Positions 8,108 to 16,825 of a stretch of DNA of 32,000 bases are shown piece by piece (position 1 is the stretch's first letter; every line of letters starts with the position of its first letter). The stretch lies in contig NC_013849.1 of NCBI RefSeq assembly GCF_000025505.1, forward strand, positions 30,001-62,000, read 5' to 3'. Position numbers and translations under genes: made by a program. The stretch is from Ferroglobus placidus DSM 10642. Its GTDB lineage: Archaea; Halobacteriota; Archaeoglobi; Archaeoglobales; Archaeoglobaceae. Under the pieces are notes generated by a model. The model searched no databases. It was given only the letters and a program-made list of their open reading frames with translations, and was not told the DNA's origin.

Positions 8108-8933
8108 ACACCCACCCGCCAATTTTCGGAGAGAGAATTAAAAGCATTGCATAAAGAAGAAGATGCGCTCCGGTAAGCAAAGCGTTCAGATAATTCGAGA
8201 CTACGAAGAGGGCTATAGAAGTAAGGGCTATGTACTCTTTTCTACCTCCGGTAACCACGTAGGAAATAAAGGGGAATATGCTTATCTCAAGGGAAAAAAT
8301 TTCTGGAGACACGTGGGAGAAGTATAAAGCGAGGCACAAACCTGCAAAAGATCCTATCGCAGAGGAGATTAGTGAAGTCGTCAGCTTAACTTTTTCGACT
8401 TCAATTCCCACTGCTCTCGATGCGAGTTCGTCCGATTTTATCGCTTTAGCGAAGTAACCGAACTTACTCTTCAAAAAGCTCTCGAATGCTATCGCAGAAG
8501 CTACGAATAAAAATGCTGAGAAGAGCAAAGTTGGGAAGCTGTGTATAATGAAAAATCCCTCTTCCCCTCCTTTTTCTTCGATGACTATGTAGGGTGCGAT
8601 TACGTAGGATAGAAGCGAAAGTGTGAAGGTGGCGAAAACAAAAGCCGTTTTACCAGTTGTTCTCTTAAGAAAGTAAAAGAGAGTCGCGCTTAAGGGAATG
8701 GAAATTAGAAAGCCAGCTATAAGCGAGTTAAAAAGCAAATACGTTATCGCTGAAAGGTAAGCTGAAAAGCCAACGACGAAGGAGTGCCCCATACTTATTC
8801 TACCTTCGTTTTCGAGTATCGCCCACGAAATTGAGATCGTCGAATAAATTAACGCAAGACCGATGAGCCATGAAGTGTATCCTTTCAGAATAAAAGGAAG
8901 AATTGCTAAGGCGACGTATATCAGAACTCTCAA
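8076..8933 (-). CDS. livM: ABC transporter permease (LivM-like, short form)
   Basis: Polytopic membrane ORF positioned between the LivH-like and LivG-like genes, containing a KAIKSDELASRAVGI segment typical of LivM (R.A...A..lGi). Confidence 0.65.
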   Translation of the reverse strand: MRVLIYVALAILPFILKGYTSWLIGLALIYSTISISWAILENEGRISMGHSFVVGFSAYLSAITYLLFNSLIAGFLISIPLSATLFYFLKRTTGKTAFVFATFTLSLLSYVIAPYIVIEEKGGEEGFFIIHSFPTLLFSAFLFVASAIAFESFLKSKFGYFAKAIKSDELASRAVGIEVEKVKLTTSLISSAIGSFAGLCLALYFSHVSPEIFSLEISIFPFISYVVTGGRKEYIALTSIALFVVSNYLNALLTGAHLLLYAMLLILSPKIGGWVYAKGQERLKV

Positions 8934-9622
8934 GCGAACACCTCCAGAAGCAGTGAGGCTGCTAAAGAGACTGCAATAATGTTTATGAGATTTCTCTCTC
9001 CAACAGATCTTTTTATCGCAGCTATAGCGGCTATCAAAATCCCAGCGAGCATGTAGCTGAGCCCTATTCTCGGGTGGATCGCTGAGCCTTCACTCGAAAC
9101 TATTCCGAGAATAATCGCAAAGAAAGTTGCGATGAGGATGGATGCGAAGCTGTAAGCTGCTGAATTTACTCCGCACATTCTCGCAAGTTCCTCATCCTCC
9201 TCTATAAATTTTAGTCTTATTCCGTGGGGGGAAATGTAGAAGGCTAACAAAAGCGAGTAAAAGGCGATAAAAACTTCTGGGAGAGCTTTAACTCCTTCGC
9301 TGACGACGTAGTAGTACCCTTTTTGCACGGTTATCCTCAAAATCTCCTCTATCGCAATCCCGTAGCCAAGGCTGACTATCGTAGCGTCCATGATTCCTCT
9401 GCAAATTCTCTCTTTGAGCAAAAAAAGGGGATAGGCTATTAGAAAGCTTAAGAGAAAAGCTAAGGGAATAGAAAGCTCTCTGGAAAAGTAAACGAGGTAT
9501 GCACCTATCGAGAAAGCAGAATACAAGGAGAGGTTCAGAAATTTCCCGATTCTGAAGTTAAAAGAAATTAGAGAAGCAAATACGGAGAAGATGAAAAAGT
9601 TTTCAAGGAAAGTTAAGGCCAT
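8930..9622 (-). CDS. livH: ABC transporter permease (LivH-like, short form)
   Basis: Polytopic membrane ORF with a 4-nt overlap with livM. The EEDEELARMCGVN segment resembles the LivH cytoplasmic loop. Only 230 aa. Confidence 0.6.
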   Translation of the reverse strand: MALTFLENFFIFSVFASLISFNFRIGKFLNLSLYSAFSIGAYLVYFSRELSIPLAFLLSFLIAYPLFLLKERICRGIMDATIVSLGYGIAIEEILRITVQKGYYYVVSEGVKALPEVFIAFYSLLLAFYISPHGIRLKFIEEDEELARMCGVNSAAYSFASILIATFFAIILGIVSSEGSAIHPRIGLSYMLAGILIAAIAAIKRSVGERNLINIIAVSLAASLLLEVFA

Positions 9623-10776
9623 ATAACATCGGAGGTTTTGAACTCCTCTGGGTAAACGACTTCTATCTTTCCGTTAACGTACTCCCCTATGATTCCTTTG
9701 AGCTTTTCGCTGCCCCAGACTGCCTGGTGTTTGTCGTCGAACTTGTAAATACCGGCAGCTCCTTTAAACTCTCCTTCTTCGAGGCTCTTAACGAGGTCTT
9801 TGTTCTTCTCGTAGGCTTGAGCTACTATTAAAATGGCGTCGTAGGTAAGTAGAGCGGCGTAGTTGTTAGCCTCTTCGCCGAACTTCTCTTTATAGCTGGA
9901 GAAGTACGCTGCAGTTAGCTCGGTCTTTTTGGTGTTTTCCAAAGCGGCAGCTTGGAAGGCTATGTAATTCTGATCGAGCTGCTTCAACGTTTGTGGTAAC
10001 GCAAGAACTCCACCGACGGAGTAAACTATCCCTTTCCCTCCGCTGTTTCTGTACTCCTTCACGAACGTCACCGAAAGTGTTCCCGGATCTCCGAGGATGA
10101 GAACATCTCTCTCGCCAACAACCTTAGCTGCTTCCCTGGCTTTTTCCACCACATCTTTCGGGTCCACCGCCGGAGACTTGTAAAAGCTCACGCCTTTGTT
10201 TTCAACTCCACTCGCGTTAATCTTCTTCAGCATTCCGAGGTTGAATATCTTAAGCGGATCGAAACCGACGAAGTAGAAACCTTCCGCTCCCGAGATTTTT
10301 AAGAATTCTGAAGCGAGCTCTCCCCAGTAGCTCGTGTTGTAAGCGTTTCTGAAAACGTATTTATTACCTTCCTCAACCATCTTTTCGAGCTGCTCGGTTG
10401 AGGCTACGCTCGCCACATATACAGTTTTAGTCTCTCCAGCGACTTTTGCCGCTGCTATCGCTTCGGAGCTCGAATAAGCTCCAACAACAGCTACAACTCC
10501 CTTCTCAACGAGCTGCCTGAAAGCCGAATCAGCCCCTTCCGGAGAGGATTTCGTGTCTGCAAAAATCAGCTCTATCTCGTATTTCGAAAGCTTGAACTTT
10601 TCAGCGTGTTCTTTAGCAAGCAATGCAGCGTTTTTCATAGCCTTTCCGGCAGTTGCAAATTTGCCCGTTTCTGGGATTAATACACCAATTTTTAGAGTTT
10701 CCTTCTTTTCCGCACAACCGGGAAGAATAGTGGCAAGAGCAATAAGCATTATCAGCGTTAAAGCCTTCGCTCTCAT
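9613..10776 (-). CDS. livK: ABC transporter substrate-binding lipoprotein (LivJ/LivK, type I periplasmic binding fold)
   Basis: Signal peptide plus lipobox (ILPGCAEKK), LKIGVLIPETGKFATAGKA, VVAVVGAYSSSEA. First gene of the operon. Confidence 0.8.
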   Translation of the reverse strand: MRAKALTLIMLIALATILPGCAEKKETLKIGVLIPETGKFATAGKAMKNAALLAKEHAEKFKLSKYEIELIFADTKSSPEGADSAFRQLVEKGVVAVVGAYSSSEAIAAAKVAGETKTVYVASVASTEQLEKMVEEGNKYVFRNAYNTSYWGELASEFLKISGAEGFYFVGFDPLKIFNLGMLKKINASGVENKGVSFYKSPAVDPKDVVEKAREAAKVVGERDVLILGDPGTLSVTFVKEYRNSGGKGIVYSVGGVLALPQTLKQLDQNYIAFQAAALENTKKTELTAAYFSSYKEKFGEEANNYAALLTYDAILIVAQAYEKNKDLVKSLEEGEFKGAAGIYKFDDKHQAVWGSEKLKGIIGEYVNGKIEVVYPEEFKTSDVIWP

Positions 10777-10814
10777 AGAAAGTGATAAATAGTGGTGTGT
10801 ATTTAACGCTTCCG

Positions 10815-11831
10815 ATGTTTAGAGTGGGAATTCAGCTTCCCCACTACCCCATAGAGCTCGTCGTTAAAGCTGGAATCTACGCAGACAAGGCAGGTTTTGA
10901 TAGCATATTCACTCCCGATCACCTTGTTGGAATTGGATTAAAGAATTTCTACGCCTACGAAGCTTTCAGCATTCTCGGATACTTGGCTGGAAAAACGAGG
11001 GCGACGCTCGGTGTTTGCGTGAGCGACGTTTTGAGGAGGAATCCGGCTGTTGTTGCTCAAGCGGCTTCGACAATAGCATCTATGAGCGGAAGGGAGTTCA
11101 TTCTCGGACTTGGGGCTGGAGAAGGAATGAATCTTTTACCCTTCGGAATAGAAACGAAATTTCTGGTTTCAAAGCTTGAAGAGGGAGTTAAAATTATAAG
11201 AGAACTCCTCAGCGGGAGAGTTGTGAGCTATGAGGGGAAATTTTTCAGAATGAAAGACGCTTTCGTTCCTCCTTCGGAAAACGTGAAGATATGGGTAGCT
11301 GGAAACTCGCCGAAAACAATGGAGATAACGGCAAAATACGCCGATGGCTGGATTCCAACTGCAACGATGGGGGAGAAGAGGTACGAAGAGAACCTGAAAA
11401 AGATTGTGAGGAAGCACAGGAAAGTCGAAGCCGGACTTTTCGCGTACACAGTTGTGGCGAAAAGCTACGATGAGGCGAGGGAGATGATAGAAATTCCGGG
11501 AAAGTTCATAGCTCTGCTATCACCTTTTAGAGGTGAGTTTTTAAAGAAGGTAGGAATAGACGAAAAAGATCTTCCTCCAAATATTTTGCACTTCACGTTC
11601 ACCAAAGAGAACGTTGAGAAGCTTTTAGAAGTTGCAAAACAAATTCCCTTCGAGCTTGTGGAGAGAAGGTACTTCTACGGCTCTCCAGAAGATGTTGCTG
11701 AGAGAATGGAGAAGTTCGTAAAGGCTGGAGTGGAACATTTCGTCTTAACTCCCCTCGTCAGGCACAACTACTACTTGGAGTGCGTTAGGCTCATAGCGGA
11801 GAAAGTCTTACCTCTTATAAGAGAAGATTAA
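10815..11831 (+). CDS. Luciferase-like (LLM class) flavin/F420-dependent oxidoreductase
   Basis: MFRVGIQLP...AGFDSIFTPDHL...LGVCVSDVLRRNPAVVAQAASTI...FILGLGAGE is the typical LLM/Mer-like pattern. ATG at 10815 is preferred over GTG at 10782. Confidence 0.7.
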   Translation: MFRVGIQLPHYPIELVVKAGIYADKAGFDSIFTPDHLVGIGLKNFYAYEAFSILGYLAGKTRATLGVCVSDVLRRNPAVVAQAASTIASMSGREFILGLGAGEGMNLLPFGIETKFLVSKLEEGVKIIRELLSGRVVSYEGKFFRMKDAFVPPSENVKIWVAGNSPKTMEITAKYADGWIPTATMGEKRYEENLKKIVRKHRKVEAGLFAYTVVAKSYDEAREMIEIPGKFIALLSPFRGEFLKKVGIDEKDLPPNILHFTFTKENVEKLLEVAKQIPFELVERRYFYGSPEDVAERMEKFVKAGVEHFVLTPLVRHNYYLECVRLIAEKVLPLIRED

Positions 11832-11858
11832 AATACTCTGAACGATAGCTCGAAACTA

Positions 11859-12752
11859 ATGGAGGAATCTCTGCTTGAAGTGGAAGTAGCTGGATTGAAG
11901 ATGAGGAATCCTCTTATCCTCGCAAGCGGCATTCTCGGAAGTTACGCTTCTTCCCTCAACAGAATTTCCGAGCACGCTGGGGCTGTAATTTCGAAAAGTG
12001 TTGGAGTAGAGGAGGTGGAGGGATACAAAAATCCCGTTGTTGTAAACTACTCCCACGGCATAATCAACGCCGTCGGCTTATCATCTCCGGGAGCCGTCAA
12101 GTTTGCGGAAGAACTGAAAGCTTACAAGGGAAGTGCTCCGCTGATAGTAAGCGTTTTCGGCTCTTCTCCCGAAGAATTCGCTAAAGTAACTTCTCATTTC
12201 CCCTTCGCTTCAGCTTTTGAGCTGAACCTCAGCTGTCCCCACTCGGAAAAGTACGGATTGACTGTAGGTTCAGACCCAGACCTCGTAAAGGAAATTGTAA
12301 AGAAGGTTAAGAAAGCCACGAACAAGCCTGTTTTTGCCAAAGTTTCAGCAAACGTAGATGTTGTCGAGGTAGGAAAAGCAGCTGAAGAGGGAGGAGCTGA
12401 CGGAATCGTTGCGATAAATACCGTGAAAGGAATGAGAATAGATATTTTTACGAAGAAGCCGATACTCAGCAACATCAGCGGAGGTGTGAGCGGATCGGCG
12501 ATAAAGCCAATAGCAATAAAATGCGTCTGGGATCTTTACGAAGAGCTCGAGATACCGATTATCGGGTCTGGAGGAGTTACGACGTGGAGAGACGTCGTGG
12601 AGTTCATGCTGGCTGGAGCCTCTGCCGTGGAAGTGGGAAGCGTCATGTACTATTCCCTGAGGGCGATTTACAGCTTAAAAGAGAGCCTGATAGCTTACGC
12701 GAGGATGGTAAACTGCAAGTTGGAGGAGTTAATAGGAGCCGCTCACGGCTAA
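11859..12752 (+). CDS. pyrD: Dihydroorotate dehydrogenase, class 1 catalytic subunit
   Basis: LKMRNPLILASG, INAVGLSSPG, ELNLSCPH (active-site Cys), GADGIVAINT, GGVSG, IGSGGV. Full-length TIM-barrel DHOD pattern. Confidence 0.85.
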   Translation: MEESLLEVEVAGLKMRNPLILASGILGSYASSLNRISEHAGAVISKSVGVEEVEGYKNPVVVNYSHGIINAVGLSSPGAVKFAEELKAYKGSAPLIVSVFGSSPEEFAKVTSHFPFASAFELNLSCPHSEKYGLTVGSDPDLVKEIVKKVKKATNKPVFAKVSANVDVVEVGKAAEEGGADGIVAINTVKGMRIDIFTKKPILSNISGGVSGSAIKPIAIKCVWDLYEELEIPIIGSGGVTTWRDVVEFMLAGASAVEVGSVMYYSLRAIYSLKESLIAYARMVNCKLEELIGAAHG

Positions 12753-13354
12753 TTTCCCGAAAAGTACTTTTCGAGAACCTTTTTCTGACCCCTCCTCAAA
12801 ATTTCGGATAAAGTCGAGGGAGCTATGTTTAGTTGCGAAGCGAGCTCTTCAAGCTTTATCTTCTTCGGGAAGTCGAAGTAACCTTTCTCTAAGGCTATTT
12901 TTAGAATCTCCTCTTCTCTGAGCGTCACTTTATCCTTCTCTCCAAATCTGCCCTTGTATACTATCTCAAATTCCACTCCCTCTTTTTCGAGTTCCCTTGA
13001 AAGCTTAATGAAGCTGTCCTCGTCGCAGATTATGTTCCAAGTAACGTTATCTTTTTCGAGGACGGCTGAGGAAATCAAGCAGCCAGATTTTAGTATCGTT
13101 AAAGCCACATGACACGTGTGACCTTTGAAGAGTATCTTCACCTCGTCTTTAGCAACCGGAGAGAAAACGCACGTGGCCGGCAACTCGCTCAGAATTTTTT
13201 CGACGTTTCTCGCTTTCAGATCTATGAGGCTTCTGAGCTCTTCGTTGAACGTGCTCACCTTCTCAACCTTCACGATCGCCTCGTCGAGAACTCTTCTGAC
13301 TATCGAAAGCTGGCAATCCGGAGGAGCGGGAGTTTTTATCTGAACTTCGATCAT
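12749..13354 (-). CDS. Bat-type (HTH_10) helix-turn-helix transcriptional regulator
   Basis: C-terminal TLREEEILKIALEKGYFDFPKKIKLEELASQLNIAPSTLSEILRRGQKKV is the classic HTH_10 signature (GY.d.PR......lA..lgis.st..e.LRr.e.k). Convergent 4-nt overlap with pyrD. Confidence 0.75.
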   Translation of the reverse strand: MIEVQIKTPAPPDCQLSIVRRVLDEAIVKVEKVSTFNEELRSLIDLKARNVEKILSELPATCVFSPVAKDEVKILFKGHTCHVALTILKSGCLISSAVLEKDNVTWNIICDEDSFIKLSRELEKEGVEFEIVYKGRFGEKDKVTLREEEILKIALEKGYFDFPKKIKLEELASQLNIAPSTLSEILRRGQKKVLEKYFSGN

Positions 13355-13526
13355 CTAAGATAGCTTTTTAAAATGGCTTTAAAAATTGTTCGAACATTTA
13401 AAGCTCTCCGCGGTTCTTGCATTTTTACTTCTGTCACATCTTATCTGGATTTAGTACGACAACATCCAAACGAATTTGCCCCCGGTTTATCCGATTAATT
13501 AAATATAAATTCTACTACTGAGGAAA

Positions 13527-14056
13527 TTGCTGTTGTTTTCAGCAGCTCTTTATTTCCTGTCAATTTTGATTGGATACGTGGTTGTGCTCGAACAGGAGTT
13601 TAGTTCTTGGGTTCTCAACAATGATGATGGTAGTATTTTTGCATCAGAGGCATCTTTTCAGTCAATACTAAAGAACAATGTCTTCGTAATCTCTGCTCTG
13701 CTTTCGGGAGCGTTAACGTTCGGCGCACCAACTTTCTTGAGATTGAGCTGGAATGGGATAATACTTGGTGTGGCAGTAGTTGAAGCATACAATCTGGAAA
13801 GAATCTTGGCTCTGTTTCTGTACACATTTCCCCACGGCATCTTCGAAATCCCGCCATAATCATAGCCGGAGCAGCTGGCTTCAAAATACCCTACGAAATC
13901 ATCCGTTATTTAGCGGGTAGAAAAGAACAAATCCTAACAAAAGAAGACATAAAAGAATATTTTACCCTCGCCTTGATTTCAATAATCTTGATTGTAATAG
14001 CCGCATTTGTTGAAGCTTACATAACGCCAAGAGTGGTGGAACACTTTTTAAGGTGA
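13527..14056 (+). pseudogene. SpoIIM-like (DUF95) membrane protein gene interrupted by a 1-nt frameshift
   Basis: Frame 1 (13527-13859) ends ...FPHGIFEIPP*. A second frame starting at 13853 continues AIIIAGAAGFKIPYEI...AFVEAYITPRVVEHFLR* (stop 14054-14056). Joined, they restore the family motif HGIFE(I/L)PAII.AGAAG. The break is at about 13853-13857. Confidence 0.65.
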
Positions 14057-14094
14057 ACGAATAAGGTAAGAATATTGAACAGTTAGTTAAGAAG

Positions 14095-14333
14095 CTGAGG
14101 TTCCCGGTGATTGTTGAAGTTGACGAGGATGGTTACTCCATAGTCAGCTGCCCCTCTTCAAAGGCTGTCACAGCTATGGAGAGACGATAGAGGAGGCTTT
14201 AGACAACATAAAAGAAGTTATTGAGATGCGCCTGGAAGAGGAGGGAATGGACGAGAGTTTGAGGTTCATTGGATACAGAGAGGTGGGAGTTCAATATGAA
14301 ATTACCGCTGATAAAAGCAAAAGAACTGCTTAA
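14095..14333 (+). pseudogene. hicB: Degraded HicB-family antitoxin gene (no ATG, internal frameshift)
   Basis: (L)RFPVIVEVDEDGYSIVSCP in one frame, then (K)GCHSYGETIEEALDNIKEVIEMRLEEEG in another frame from 14163. This is the canonical HicB N-domain pattern (F...e.DEDGy.v..CP.L.GC.S.GeT.EEAl.n..eai). The shift lies in the C-run at 14151-14154. The first frame stops at 14188-14190. Confidence 0.6.
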
Positions 14334-14355
14334 ATTACCCGATCGAGGAATTTGA
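14296..14355 (+). pseudogene. hicA: Truncated HicA toxin remnant (19 codons)
   Basis: MKLPLIKAKELLKLPDRGI* resembles a HicA N-terminus (MK.p.is.kEl.k.L...G) but stops after 19 codons. It overlaps the hicB 3' end as in intact hicBA pairs. Confidence 0.4.
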
Positions 14356-14406
14356 TAGAGCTATAAACAGAATAATAAAAAGAGTTTCAGAAAAATAAAT
14401 AAAAAG

Positions 14407-14700
14407 TCATTCTTGAGCAAGCTCTTTCGGTTTGTAGTGCTTTACGAGTTTGTCTAAAAACTCTTCGAAGTCGATTTTCTGGAGAATGCTCCAGTCGAAA
14501 GGCTTCGCTTCCCTCTCTTCCAAATAGAGGGAGTGAGTCGGACAGACGGCTATGCAGGAGCCGAAACCGTCGCAGAGACTTTCGTCCTTAAGCTTAGCTT
14601 TTCCGTCCTTTAGCTCCAGAGCTTTAGTTGGGCAGGATTCAACGCATCTCCCGCATCCTATGCAGGTTTCCTCGTTTATGGCAATTATCAGCCTCTTCAC
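14407..14700 (-). CDS. 2x[4Fe-4S] ferredoxin-domain protein
   Basis: Two cluster motifs, CIGCGRCVESCP and CDGFGSCIAVCP. The start is 1 nt downstream of the stop of the preceding gene. Confidence 0.8.
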   Translation of the reverse strand: MKRLIIAINEETCIGCGRCVESCPTKALELKDGKAKLKDESLCDGFGSCIAVCPTHSLYLEEREAKPFDWSILQKIDFEEFLDKLVKHYKPKELAQE

Positions 14701-14701
14701 T

Positions 14702-15157
14702 TCAGAACCCCCTGTGGGCTTTTCTCTCAGCTTCTATCATGCTTTCGTCAATAACTCCCGAGTACTCTTCAACCTTTCCGCTAACTCTTACTATGAACTT
14801 TTTCACTTTTCTATCTCCCTTCTCTCTCTCAACCATCATGTGCAGCGCATGACAGCACGGCACTTCCATCGTGTAAACCTCTACTTCATCGAAAACCCCT
14901 TCCTGCATGAGGAGCTTGATCTTCTCGTAAATCCTCTTGGGATCTTCGAGCATCGGACATCCAATCAGTATCGGCTCCTTTCCGAATTTTTCCGTGAGTT
15001 CTTTATCAACCAGCACAGCGCAATCAGCAGCGATCGTTATCTTGTCACTCTTTAAGAAATCTGCTCTCGGGTGCACCAGCATTATCTTTACCGGCCACTG
15101 TCTCATGAAAGAGACTGCTCCCTCTTTATAATTATCTGTTTTCCCGAACCCTTTCAA
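14702..15157 (-). CDS. Conserved Fe-S-associated protein (QWPV...AADC...IGCP...MEVPCC family, usually fused to a ferredoxin domain)
   Basis: MRQWPVKIMLV, ITIAADCA, ILIGCPMLED and YTMEVPCCHAL match a domain I recall occurring C-terminal to a 2x[4Fe-4S] domain in anaerobe proteins. Start is ambiguous: TTG at 15157 or ATG at 15106. Confidence 0.5.
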   Translation of the reverse strand: MKGFGKTDNYKEGAVSFMRQWPVKIMLVHPRADFLKSDKITIAADCAVLVDKELTEKFGKEPILIGCPMLEDPKRIYEKIKLLMQEGVFDEVEVYTMEVPCCHALHMMVEREKGDRKVKKFIVRVSGKVEEYSGVIDESMIEAERKAHRGF

Positions 15158-15192
15158 TAGGTTTAAGTTCTGTTAAACGGGTTAGTTAAAGA

Positions 15193-16128
15193 ATGGTAAG
15201 TCTCGACGATATCGTTAAAGCTGTCAGGAATTACCCGGGAGTTGCGAGGAAGAAGTATGCCGGCTACTTCTCCAAGCTCGTTAAAGCCGAGTTTTACGGA
15301 GAGGATGCTGCATACATAAAATTCGGAGATAATTACGTAATTTTAGCCACGGACAGCATATGGCATAAGGTTATTGAGGCTGATCTTTACTGGGCGGGCT
15401 TCGTATCTATCTTGGTCAACGTTCACGATGTTTACGCGATGGGAGGTAAGCCTTTAGCAGCGTTAAACGTTGTTTCGGCGAGAAGTAAAGAGGAGATGGA
15501 GGAAATTGCGAGAGGAATAAGGGATGCCTGCGAAAAATTTGACGTGAAAATAGTGGGAGGGCACATACACCCGGATGCGAAATTACCTTCCATCGACGTG
15601 TCGATGATCGGTGTTGCTAAAAGCATACTCAGATCGGACACAGCTGAAACCGGAGATAAAATAGTTTTTGCTGCTGATTTGGAAGGGAAACCTCATCCAA
15701 AGCTTCCCTACAACTTCGACTCGACGAATAAGAGCAAAGAAGTATTGAAATATCAGTTCGAGTCGATGGTTGAGATCGCAGAAAGAAAGCTCGCTAACGC
15801 TGCAAAAGATGTTAGCAACGCCGGAATTCTCGGAACGATTGCGATGATGATGGAAGTTAGCGGGAAGGGCTGCGAAATTTTTGTCGACAGAATCTTCAAG
15901 CCTAAAAACGTTAGCTTCGTTCAATGGCTTCTCTCTTATCCAGCCTGCGCTTTCGTCGTGACGACGAAGAAAGAAAGAGAAGTTCTCGAAGTTTTTGAAA
16001 AGCACAATCTTGCAGCTGAAGTTATAGGAATCGTTACGGACGACAAAAAAGTGCTTCTCAAAAGCGGAAGAGAGGAGGCTGTACTCTTCGATTTAAATTC
16101 GGAGAGCGTTCTCGAAATTAAAGAATGA
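15193..16128 (+). CDS. AIR synthase-related (PurM/ThiL/HypE superfamily) protein
   Basis: GEDAAYIKFGDNYVILATDSI...VNVHDVYAMGGKPLAALNVVS...VKIVGGH is the PurM-like N-domain pattern (DAA.....l...tD......., nDi.amGa.P.a.l..l). The specific function cannot be assigned. Confidence 0.6.
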   Translation: MVSLDDIVKAVRNYPGVARKKYAGYFSKLVKAEFYGEDAAYIKFGDNYVILATDSIWHKVIEADLYWAGFVSILVNVHDVYAMGGKPLAALNVVSARSKEEMEEIARGIRDACEKFDVKIVGGHIHPDAKLPSIDVSMIGVAKSILRSDTAETGDKIVFAADLEGKPHPKLPYNFDSTNKSKEVLKYQFESMVEIAERKLANAAKDVSNAGILGTIAMMMEVSGKGCEIFVDRIFKPKNVSFVQWLLSYPACAFVVTTKKEREVLEVFEKHNLAAEVIGIVTDDKKVLLKSGREEAVLFDLNSESVLEIKE

Positions 16129-16825
16129 GCGAGAGGAGGTAAACCAGAATGTCCCCGACGAAAAATGCAACGATGTATCCGGCTGTCAAAAAGACGAGGA
16201 AGGGTAGAGCTGGAGTTGCCCAAACCTCTTCCTTCAATTTCCCGAGTTCTCTCAGCATTTTTTCGTCCGGCTCAACCCCCCTTCTAACCTTTCTGACCTT
16301 CCCGTTTTCGGCTATCTCAAGCAGGTTGTAAAATTTGGGGAAGTTTTCGACTCTTACCTTGGTTCCGATGAAGGAGTAAGGAATTTCCCCCTTGGATACG
16401 TTCCCTTTTATTAAATTCGAAAGGAACATGTAAATCGCTAAAAAAGGAGCAGCTATTACTGCATTAGCTAAAGTCGAGAATGCGAAGGAAAACCCTTTGA
16501 TCAGGAGCGGGAAGATTCCAACCTCCGGATATCGAGGAAAGGCGTAACTTAAAGCCATCAAAGCCTTCGCATCAGCTCCTCCATAGGCTCCGATTCTGTA
16601 GAGGAGGTAAGCTAAGGAAGATGCGAAAGCGATCTGGACTATAGCGAAGACGAAATCAAAAGTTGAGTAACTTAAAAATTCAACCAAGTTGAAAGGAGTA
16701 ACTGCTAAGAGCATAACCTTCCAGTATTTGTTTGGAACGATTCTTTCTTTCAAATCGAGCTGGGAAGCTTTTAGGAATATAGCCAAGCAGATGAGAAACT
16801 TAGCAACGTAAATTCCGTCTGTCAT
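16118..16825 (-). CDS. A24-family aspartic peptidase (archaeal prepilin/preflagellin peptidase-like)
   Basis: Polytopic membrane protein with both catalytic Asp motifs: DLKERIVPN near TM1 and GAYGGADAKALMAL (GxGDxK-like). Confidence 0.7.
   Translation of the reverse strand: MTDGIYVAKFLICLAIFLKASQLDLKERIVPNKYWKVMLLAVTPFNLVEFLSYSTFDFVFAIVQIAFASSLAYLLYRIGAYGGADAKALMALSYAFPRYPEVGIFPLLIKGFSFAFSTLANAVIAAPFLAIYMFLSNLIKGNVSKGEIPYSFIGTKVRVENFPKFYNLLEIAENGKVRKVRRGVEPDEKMLRELGKLKEEVWATPALPFLVFLTAGYIVAFFVGDILVYLLSLIL

Noticed and set aside
10782-10814. GTG-initiated 11-codon extension of the LLM oxidoreductase ORF
   Set aside because: It would start only 6 nt from the divergent livK start codon. The ATG at 10815 gives the N-terminus typical of the family (MFRVGIQLP).
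14552-15055. 167-aa + strand ORF spanning the ferredoxin and QWPV-family genes
   Set aside because: It is antisense to two well-supported minus-strand genes. The translation is low-complexity and S/L/F-rich with no motif. It is a typical shadow ORF.
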